The translations under genes were made by a program, and so were the position numbers. This document shows positions 8,173 through 16,469 of a stretch of DNA of 16,469 nt, piece after piece. Position 1 is the first letter of the stretch. Each line of letters begins with the position of its first letter. Origin of the DNA: Paraspadella gotoi (lineage: Eukaryota > Animalia > Chaetognatha); the NCBI GenBank assembly GCA_051294375.1, contig JBJCIZ010001671.1, positions 1 through 16,469 on the forward strand, read 5' to 3'. Below the pieces are notes generated by a model. The model was not told the origin of the DNA. It saw only the letters and a list, made by a program, of their open reading frames with translations, and did not search any database.

Positions 8173-8682
8173 GGATAAGGCGCTACGTGGGCTGAAGACG
8201 ACTGTCCATAACTTCTATAACCCCTCTCGCAGCCATGGAACGGGTCCCTGGGCTTGGAACCAGGCTTGAGGGTTTGCCATGCCCCAAAGGCGGCTTACGG
8301 CCGTCCTCACGCTTCCCTCAGGGTAGGTACCGGGTTGGGATTGAACCCGGTACCTAGTGGTCATGAGCTGATGGCTTTACTCAATGAGCCACCGGGTCAC
8401 AACTGAAAGTGTTATGATTCTAGGCGGGGTGAACCTAGGCAATGCCCGACTACATGCCCCCCAGATTGTAACCCACCCTGCACTGCTTCCAGTGGAGGGA
8501 GGGGAGCAATCTTCAGCTAGACCAAGGGCCTGGAATCAGAAGGTTGGAATACACTCGACAGGATGGGCTCACCAGTGTGGATAAGGCGCTACGTGGGCTG
8601 AAGACGATTGTCCGTAACTTCTATAACCCCCTCGAGCAGCCATTGAACGGGTCCCTGGGCTTGGAACCAGGCTTGAGGGTTT
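8173..8682 (-). mobile_element. tRNA-derived SINE-like element in permuted tandem arrangement (~406-bp period)
   Basis: tRNA-like head on the minus strand at ~8398-8328, with A-box-like TGGCTCATTGAG and B-box GGTTCAATCC; ~104-bp direct repeats at 8173-8275 and 8579-8682 with few differences. Confidence 0.7.
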
Positions 8683-8696
8683 TCCTTATTATTATT

Positions 8697-8729
8697 ACTA
8701 GGAACAAACCCGGAGGGTCCGAAGGCCTC
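8697..8729 (-). mobile_element. Possible Helitron 3' terminus
   Basis: Minus strand: imperfect GC-rich hairpin GAGGCC-TTCG-GACCCTC, an 11-nt spacer, then CTAG followed by T; 5' end not located. Confidence 0.4.
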
Positions 8730-10031
8730 TTTTTTTTTTTTTTTTTTTATTTTAAACGGACTGTCTTGATTCACTAACGGATGTCGTCATCCGTCCCTCC
8801 GATTTGGAATAATTTTTCTGAAATTCTTTTGTCGTCTGGAGATTTTGAAATTTTGCGATTTCATTTTGCCTACGATTTTTGGATTATTTTGATTCAATTT
8901 GATTTGTGGACGGTGTTTCACGGCGAACGTCTCTCTATTTTGTTATACGATCGAGATTTTGCCTCCGTTTGCCGACGAAATAATGATTTCCTTTATTTTT
9001 TTTCCTAGACTCTCTCTCTCACGATACGTCGCCTCCGCTTTTCGAAGAATTCCGACCTGTATTTTATGAGTGAATTCTCTCTTGCCGGAGCCTCGACGTC
9101 AAAACCTTCTTTTGAACGCGAACGACCGCGCGACGGCCGGAAATTCTGAAACTAACGCCTTTTCACGCTTAGTTTTTCTTTGCCGGAGCTTCGATCGCGA
9201 CTTTTTCTCGTTTAAATGTGGAGAGAAATAACGTTTCAAAGGATGAATAAAAAAGAATTTAAAGGTTTAAAGTTTTAAGACGGACGATGGAAGCATTTTA
9301 TTTTTCGGATTCGACGGTTTTAAACTACGTGGAATCTGTCTCTCTACGGTTGATAAAAGGATAAAAGTATTCCTCAACGCCGGTTTCGATCCTGTGACTT
9401 TCATCGTCGAACCAATTTTCCCACGGATCTTATATTTAAACTAATTTTCATTAGTCGAAATTTCGTTGAACGACCGTTTAAACTGTCTTTCTTTGCGATA
9501 CTGAATTCTAAACAAAAAGTAAATAAACAAATCTTTTCTAAATAAATTCCGGTACACGATCGTTTGAACTAATTTTCGACGCTTAACGCGAGATTCCGAT
9601 GCACGCATCGTGCGTTCAGTCTATCTTCGTCGTTATTCTTGCTTGAAATTCCGATGGATGCATCGACGCTAGAAGTCGAAACGATAAACGACTCGCGACA
9701 TTCCGATGCATCGACGATGGCCTTTATTGTTTCACATCGGCAATGACCGTTAAAATTTGACATGATTTCGTGATTCTATGAAAAGAAGCTCACGCTTTTC
9801 GTGTTTAAGAAGCAAATTAAGTAACATAAATTCGATTCCTGCAAGATGCTATGACTTCTTTTTTTTTCCCGAGAACGGGGTATGGGATGGAATGGAATCT
9901 TTTGAAGACAACGACGGCGACAACAATCGTTCTAATTTTGCATTTGTTTTGGGAAACAAGAAAACAAGAAAATGAAAAAAAAAGGAAAGAACTTAACCAA
10001 AATGAACTTTTCGTCTTCACATCTTTTCTCT

Positions 10032-10115
10032 ATTCTCGATTCTCGATTCTCGATTCTCGATTTTCAATTCTCAAATCTCAATATGGATTCTCAACTCTCG
10101 ATTCTCAACTCTCAA
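10032..10115. repeat. Heptamer tandem repeat (ATTCTCG)n
   Basis: Four perfect copies at 10032-10059 followed by degenerate ATTCTCA/ACTCTCA units. Confidence 0.85.
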
Positions 10116-11609
10116 TTTCTGCTTAATGGAAATAAAGAAACTTCACGCGCAACCTTGACTCCTAAATCTCGAATTGGGAAGGTTCTCACGGGCTTGCAAC
10201 GCATCGTCCTTCTAGTTGAACGTTGGAAATATACAGACATCGAGTTTCATAAAAAACGTTCTCACATTTAATCAGACGTATAAATAAATAATTTTCGTAT
10301 AAAAATATTTAACTTTAATGCATCGAACATGAGAGAACCCGAGATCGAATACGTCATTTCATATCTTTTTAATGTTAAAGACCGGTCAAGCCGGTCAAAA
10401 AGAACAAAAGATACTAGCGAACCTGGCGGATATTTGCGAATTTTTCATAAAAAGAGCATCTTTTGCCTGTGAAATCTGACGATGAGTTAAGTTTTTTTTA
10501 ATAACATAGGTATTATTAATGATATTTTCTATGTTTTATTAATAATTTCATAATTCTTAATAATTTTATGAGTTTTTACTAGCTGCATGTTGTAATTTTT
10601 AATAGTTTTTTATGTTTTTATAGGAAAACAGTTTAGAAATTAATCGCTATTTTTTTTTTTTGCTTTACTGAAATTCAGTCTGATCATATTTTTGAAGAAA
10701 GATTAATATAAAATCCGATCTTATATAGTCAAATGATAAATAACAATAAATATAATGTTAATATTTATTAAAAGATGAATTATATTTTTTTTAACAATGA
10801 CAAAGTTTATACATAAACATAAATGCTTTAAACCGATATGATTTAATTACAATTTTATCCCCTTCTTCTTAAACTATTATTATATTATAATTATAAAAGC
10901 CTTTTTTCTATGTACTATAGTTTCATTTTTATAACTATTAATAGGCTGATAATTCAGGATGTATGAGGGTTTGAGCATCCATAGGCAACCTTTTTTTTTA
11001 ATTATAAAAAATTATCTCGGATGTTTTTTTGAGTTTTTAGTCATTGTATTATTTCGTCTATTTTGTTGTCTGATTTAGAGACGAAATAATAACTTTTTAA
11101 TGGTAAACAATAACGACCTAATGTTTTACATAAAAATGGACATTTTCTGACTAATTCATAGCTTTCATTGTTGTTGTTAACAATTAAAATATTATCATAT
11201 TGTTTTTGAGTTTTTAATCAAAATTTGTTTACTGACTTTTTCAAAATTGTTGATTGAAGAAGGTTCCGCATACAATCCGTGTCTTTTAGACAACGGAAAT
11301 CTGAACTTCAATAATTACCATCTTTCTTGATCTCATTGGTTAGAATGAAGCTTTCGTTATTTAAAAAAACGGTAGGCTATAGTTATCTTCTTCTTATGAC
11401 ATAGTACTTTCCAGGTAAATTTCTATAAGTTAAAAATACGGTAAGACATGTTTTCTTCAATGATTGTCAATCAAATCTTAATTTAGAAATAAGTATGATT
11501 GAATTTTTATGGTAAAGATAACTTTTAAAGATTGAATTCCTCATAAGAATCTTTACGTCTTTTACTTACACAAAACTATTCAGAGAGGACGCCACATTAT
11601 CTCATACAA

Positions 11610-11950
11610 TGTTTTTCCCCTCATACCCTTTCCCTAATTATTTTTCTTCATCTCTTTTCTTCTCTTTATTTGTATTTTTCTTTCCCTCTTTCCTCCCCTA
11701 CTTCTCATGCCGTCAATTACCATTTTTTTGGCCCTACCTTTTTTTGCCACTCTTCCACTTTCCTCACCTTTTTCTCTTCTTAATTCTTTCCCTTTCTTTT
11801 CCCTCTTTTTCTTTCCATTTTTCCCTCTTTTCCTACCTTTTATTTGTCTCACTATTTTTTTCGCCATTTGCCTTCTTTTTTTACCATTTGCTCCCCTCTT
11901 TCATTCTCTCCCGACCTCCTTTTCTTGTTCTCCCTTTCGTTTTTCCTATC
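11610..11950. repeat. Low-complexity polypyrimidine/polypurine tract
   Basis: Almost entirely C/T on the plus strand; explains the F/S/L/P-rich and K/R/E-rich spurious ORFs. Confidence 0.8.
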
Positions 11951-12062
11951 ACTACATTTACATTGAGCCAATAAAAAAAATCTTTTCTTATGCGTTATAA
12001 AAAAGAAAATTAACGGTAATGGAGGATTTTATTTCAATTTTGGTTGCCTAGCAGATTTAATA

Positions 12063-12107
12063 AATCGACAGATTTTGCGGAAAATTTTTCCGCAAAATCT
12101 GTCGATT
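12063..12107. repeat. Perfect 22-bp inverted repeat with 1-nt spacer
   Basis: AATCGACAGATTTTGCGGAAAA-T-TTTTCCGCAAAATCTGTCGATT. Confidence 0.95.
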
Positions 12108-12837
12108 CTCAGAAAAAACAAGTCCTGACGCTTTCCATTGGGTTAAAAGGATGCGGTTTTTTTTGTTTTAATAACGTCAGTATGTACCTCATCCTTTAAA
12201 ACTAATAAATGAGTTAAAAATACTCTCTTTATCAAAAATAAATGCAAGTCACAAAAAGTCACAAATTAAAAGTTGTCTTTAAAAATTATTTGTGGCTAAA
12301 CGAAAAAAGTTTTTTTGATAATTTTGTAGGTGTTTAAAGCTTGTTTCATAGGCTATATTTTCTGTTAATTCAACCAATTTGATTTATTTTTGTTTAACAA
12401 ATTATGATAAAGACTGAAACTGCAACTTTTTGACTTGTTAAATTTAAAATTAATTCATAGGCAAACTATAAATTATTTAAGCAAATAAATTTACACAGGG
12501 GTAAAGAAGATAAGGAAGAACGGATTTCCAAAGTAAAAAATTTTTCTCAACTTTTCTTGGCATTCAAATCATAGGTCGTAAGTAAAAATGGACAAAAAAT
12601 GGACATAATTTTTTTTCCTAAAAGTTGCCAAAATGGTACTCTTTTATCATTAGAAACGGGTGGAGAAGTTTCTAACCAATCCTTCGTTAGGCCAAATTTT
12701 GTGTTGGCACAAAGATAATCAATTGTAAGAAACAACTGAACAATAGTGGAAAAAGTCGTTTTTTCCTAAATGCAACGTTTGTATGCGGAACCAGAATTAA
12801 TAAAGCCATCTATCAATGTTTACAGACAAGTTTTGAT

Positions 12838-13032
12838 TAATGTAATTATTGTTATTGTGATAGTGACAGAACCGTTCAATATAAGCAGTCCCGAGCTTCG
12901 GATCAGGCTGTAACACCATGTTACAGGCGGGTTAAGCGCCCCGTCCCTCTTAACTGCCAGACGACCACCGGGTTAGAACCCCGGACCTTTGGGTTAGGAG
13001 GCGAATGACTTGCCTCCGGCACCAATGGCCGC
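12838..13032 (-). mobile_element. Second tRNA-derived SINE (~195 bp)
   Basis: 72-nt head at 13032-12961 with a 7-bp acceptor-like stem GCGGCCA/TGGTCGT and T-arm CCGGG-GTTCTAA-CCCGG; the anticodon stem does not pair. GC-rich body and ACAATAACAATAAT-type tail. Confidence 0.65.
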
Positions 13033-14335
13033 TGATGAAAGGTTTGTGGATTTTAATCCACTATACATGTTTGGACTATCTACATATACAGTTTTGATTT
13101 AAAAAACTTATAAAACAAAAGCAATTCTTTAAAATCTTGGAAGTTAAGTTTCCCTCTCAAGTGTTCTCTGTTTTGTTTGAATAAACTACTTTTAATTATA
13201 TAATTCATTATGATCAGAAAATTAAACAAATTAATAGAAACAGTTATATATAAAATGCAAAAAATAAGTTCCGGTTCATGTTGCCTCAAAACAAAAAATG
13301 ATCCAATCGTCCAATATGTATTTACTATTCAAATTTAGTAATGTTTATTAGACTGTATTTAATTTTCTTACCGATCATTAAAACATAATAAACTTAAATC
13401 ATTGATTCTGATACTTAATGGATCTTTTTCACTTATCTATATATATATACTAAGAATTTATCGAATGATTGACTTTTAGCTTTCAGTTTTTAGCTTTTAA
13501 CTTTTATACTTTTTTAATTTTTGTTTAGTTAAAGAGAAAAATATTTTTCAATTATTATGATTATCAGTTTAATGTAAAAGTCTGTTATTATGAGTACATG
13601 GAGTAAGATTAGACTAATCACTAAAATTTCCTTGCTTTCCAAGCATGTGCTCTAAAAATGTAAAATTTCCTGTTTTAAAAGAAAAAAAAATAATTTATTA
13701 TAATTATAAATTTATAATATAATTATTTTATATTATTATTAATATTGTTTAATTATATTTTTGATAATACTAATATTATTATTATTTATTTTAATATTTT
13801 ACTTTTATTGGTTATTTTTATCTAAGTTATCAAGTTTTCTCATATTTACCTATTTATTAAAGTACATATAATGGTAAATTAAACGATCGAAATATACAAT
13901 TTACAAAAGTTTATTTTATGTAATAAGGATTTTAAGCAAGCAAAATAGTTAATTTTATATTTTATGCAAAAATCTGTTCGAATTCCTCATTTTGTTAGGA
14001 AAAAGCATTCAAGCTCTCGTTTAAATACTATTTTATCGTAATTATATTAGTATAAATACTATAAAATATTTATATTTATAAAATATATATTCTAAAAACT
14101 TTAATATTTAATTATTTATAATATTACAAAAATAAAACGTTTAAAATTACGTGATCGTCATCGTTATCTGACAAATTCGATCTTAAGCTAATTTGCATAA
14201 TTTAGGAGCCAAATAAAAATCGACCGGGATCTCTCATGTTGAAAATTTTAAATCGAATAAAAGGTGTTTTAAATTAAAGTATATATATGTATGATCACTT
14301 GAGTAAACGTTTTTAAAAATCCGAATCCATCTTGA

Positions 14336-14770
14336 TACGCTACTTCTACGTCTGGGAAAAAGTCGGCAACCGACCCGGCAGACGAACACCCGGGCTTCGC
14401 CGACCACCAAGATTCGGTTCCCAGGTTCACAAACGGAACCGGTGCAGCAGCAGCAGCAGCGAGGATCGACGACTTTGCTGTGCATGGATCACAGCAGCAG
14501 TCAGCGTCCTTGGTCTCTTTCTCTTCACCTGAATGGAAGAAAGCAGCATCGGCGACAGCTGCGGCTGACGAGCAACGGTCAAAGGAAAAGTTACGTCTCT
14601 CTTTCTGGATCGAAAGCAGCAGCAGCTGCAGTCTGAAAGACAGCTGGAGGGAAATATTACGACTTCTTTTCGCCGATCGTGAGAAAGCGGCGAGCGCGGC
14701 GGGCGCCGCAACGCCGACCCCTTTTCCCTGGGACCAGGTGCAGAGTGCCCGAAACGATTTTATGAACTAA
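14336..14770 (+). CDS. Possible exon of an unknown protein (Ala/Ser-rich, low complexity)
   Basis: GC-rich island in very AT-rich DNA; one plus frame is open for 144 codons (…DPADEHPGFADHQD…SFWIESSSSCSLKDSWREILRLLF…PFPWDQ). Start and splice sites are unclear and the mirror antisense frame is also open. Confidence 0.4.
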   Translation, partial: YATSTSGKKSATDPADEHPGFADHQDSVPRFTNGTGAAAAAARIDDFAVHGSQQQSASLVSFSSPEWKKAASATAAADEQRSKEKLRLSFWIESSSSCSLKDSWREILRLLFADREKAASAAGAATPTPFPWDQVQSARNDFMN

Positions 14771-14859
14771 ATGAACTAAATTCTTTTAAATGACTTTAAA
14801 AGAATCATGACATGTCATTAAAATGCGAATCATATCATAAAAATATGTCACTAGTAGGG

Positions 14860-14911
14860 CTGTTTTAAAAATGCGCAACTTTAATGATCTTTTTTTTTTT
14901 GACACCCGGTA
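14860..14911. mobile_element. Possible isolated Tc1/mariner-type terminus
   Basis: ...GATCTTTTTTTTTTTGACACCCGG-TA, i.e. TA-CCGGGTGTC on the minus strand; partner end not found. Confidence 0.35.
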
Positions 14912-15586
14912 TTGTAAGGTGAAACGTATGTAAGTCATGTTACATTTTGAAGGATATAATATTGTAATAGGTAATAGCAATATGGCCGAGAAAGAATAAT
15001 AGTTTTGAGTTAGACAATTTTGACAAATTATTTTAAGATAAGCTTTACCAGTTGTGAGTTAGGTTTAGAACATGCGATTTTAACATTATTATATTTTAAA
15101 ATCATTTTATATATCTTTGCCGTTTTGCACTGTTTCTTCGATGTATTAAATAATCACGAACGAGAATTAAAGACAAGCAAAAGTTTATTTATTTTTTTAC
15201 AGTTTTAGAGCGCAATGTGAATATCTAAGCTAGAATTTATATTACAACCATTCGGGCCGAGGGCAAGATTGCTTCTGAAACCAAAGTCCTTTTTCCTACT
15301 CCCTCGGCCCATGAAACAATCCCCTTTGCCCTAGTCCCACTCCTGCCCTGTGATTCGCCATGATGCAAGCCCACGATCGAATAAGCGAAGGAGGAAGAGA
15401 GTGGGAGAGGGAGAGAGAGAGTTCGGGATGATCCTAATGGGGAGGCGGATCCCGTATCCGCTGACGATATAATTAATTTATTCTATAATAATAGATGTGG
15501 TTAACTTATAATTAGTTAATTTTGTAACTAGTTTGTTTGGAAATTAAAAAAACAAGTTTGAGCAACAATGTCGGATCTGCCTACGA

Positions 15587-15638
15587 TAATTAATTAATTA
15601 ATTAATCGATTAATTAATTAATTAATTAATTAATTAAT
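15587..15638. repeat. (TAAT)n self-complementary microsatellite
   Basis: Run of TAAT units with one CG interruption. Confidence 0.9.
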
Positions 15639-15777
15639 ATGTAATAATTAATTTTAAATTTATATTCAACTTATCATCATCGATGTCCTTAAAATTGGGT
15701 TAGGACAGTTATTAAATATGTTTTGTTTACATTTTATCAAAACAAACAAATATCCTCTATTTTATTTTATGTCTCCT

Positions 15778-16375
15778 TCTCTCTCTCTCTCTCTCTCACT
15801 CACTCTCTCTCTTCTCTCTCTCTCTCTCTCTTTTTTTTTTTCTGCAATTGCGACGATCTTTATGCTTTTCAGATTTTTTTTAACTTGCCATCATTTTTCA
15901 CATTAATTCATTAATTAATTCATTAATTAATTAAAACATTTATTAGTAATCATTAATTATTAAAGATTCAAGTAAATGTGACTTATGTTTTTTCCATCTA
16001 AACACATTTCCCCTGGCACAATTCCGTCAATACTTTATATATTATTATATATTAATAAATATTTAAAAGCTTCAGTGCAACAACCCAATGAAATAATTCA
16101 AAAAGTTATATTGAAAATCGATTTAGTAGTAAAAGGAAAAAAAAATTTAAAGAGAACTAGAAGTTATAAAAAGTGTTCAATTTTGGCCGCCTTACTAGAT
16201 ATTAGGCCCTTACTAGATATATTGCATGTGATTAAACAATGTTATCGGAATAATAATTTATCAATTTTATGTATTTTTGTAAGTATTTAAGTATTTTATT
16301 CAGTGAGTAAAATAACAACTTTTTTATTCGTCTAATTTTTATCTCGGACTCTCTCTCTTTCTATCTTTCTCTCTC

Positions 16376-16412
<37 letters not shown>

Positions 16413-16434
16413 CAATTGCGACGATCCTTATGCT
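15778..16434 (+). repeat. Direct repeat pair: (CT)n followed by TGCAATTGCGACGATCYTTATGCT (15843-15866 and 16411-16434)
   Basis: 23/24 identical unique block, each copy preceded by a long CT microsatellite, 568 bp apart. Confidence 0.8.
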
Positions 16435-16469
16435 CATTTTTTTTCTTCTCTCTCTCTCTCTCGTCTCTC

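Larger units (their letters stand above)
11262..12792. mobile_element. Non-autonomous TIR DNA transposon (1531 bp), 14-bp perfect TIRs, 4-bp TSD AGAA
   Basis: GGTTCCGCATACAA (11262-11275) and TTGTATGCGGAACC (12779-12792); AGAA at 11258-11261 and 12793-12796; weaker subterminal similarity; no transposase ORF. Confidence 0.7.

Noticed and set aside
8186-8250. CTGAAGA...GGAACGGGTC (also at ~8598-8655) as a hammerhead making the repeat a retrozyme
   Set aside because: No GAAA core (GGAAC/TGAAC) and no convincing helix II or helix I
8328-8398. Functional tRNA-Met(CAT) gene; likewise tRNA(CCT) at 12961-13032
   Set aside because: Anticodon stems do not pair and both run into SINE-like bodies
8760-10270. 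Short ORFs in the CpG-rich stretch as upstream exons of the lectin-like gene
   Set aside because: No recognisable motifs or convincing paired splice sites
11609-12000. F/L/S/P-rich and K/R/E-rich ORFs (also those in pLTRs and CT tracts)
   Set aside because: Artefacts of polypyrimidine and microsatellite sequence
13033-13075. CTGATGA...GTGGAT/ATCCAC stem...TATACATGT as a hammerhead
   Set aside because: GAAA is absent, there are 7 extra nt before the stem, and there is no pLTR context
1-16469. CRISPR array, retron or other prokaryotic RT system
   Set aside because: No repeat-spacer periodicity or operon structure; the RT and nuclease motifs are PLE-type and the context is eukaryotic

Overview
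AT-rich eukaryotic (probably invertebrate animal) genomic DNA made up mostly of transposon remnants. The centrepiece is a cluster of Penelope-like retroelement (PLE) pieces. Element 1 (3631-5693) is an internally deleted RT pseudogene between inverted ~400-bp pseudo-LTRs (pLTRs). Element 2 (6153-8062) is an independent 5'-truncated GIY-YIG-endonuclease copy with a 12-bp target-site duplication, and its pLTR is split by a ~720-bp insert. A degenerate solo pLTR lies at ~480-800. All four pLTRs carry a minimal type-I hammerhead ribozyme motif (three with intact core, one degenerate) with covarying helix II and an invariant palindromic ACATGT helix III. Also present: a likely terminal exon of a C-type-lectin-like host gene on the minus strand (2668-2973), an LTR-like promoter unit, two tRNA-derived SINEs (one in a circularly permuted, 1.25-mer arrangement), a ~1.5-kb non-autonomous TIR element with 4-bp TSD that contains a perfect 45-bp palindrome, a possible exon at ~14.3-14.8 kb, and several simple repeats. 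No intact autonomous element or complete gene is visible. PLE hammerheads are a known class; the specific arrangements reported here are inferences that need testing.
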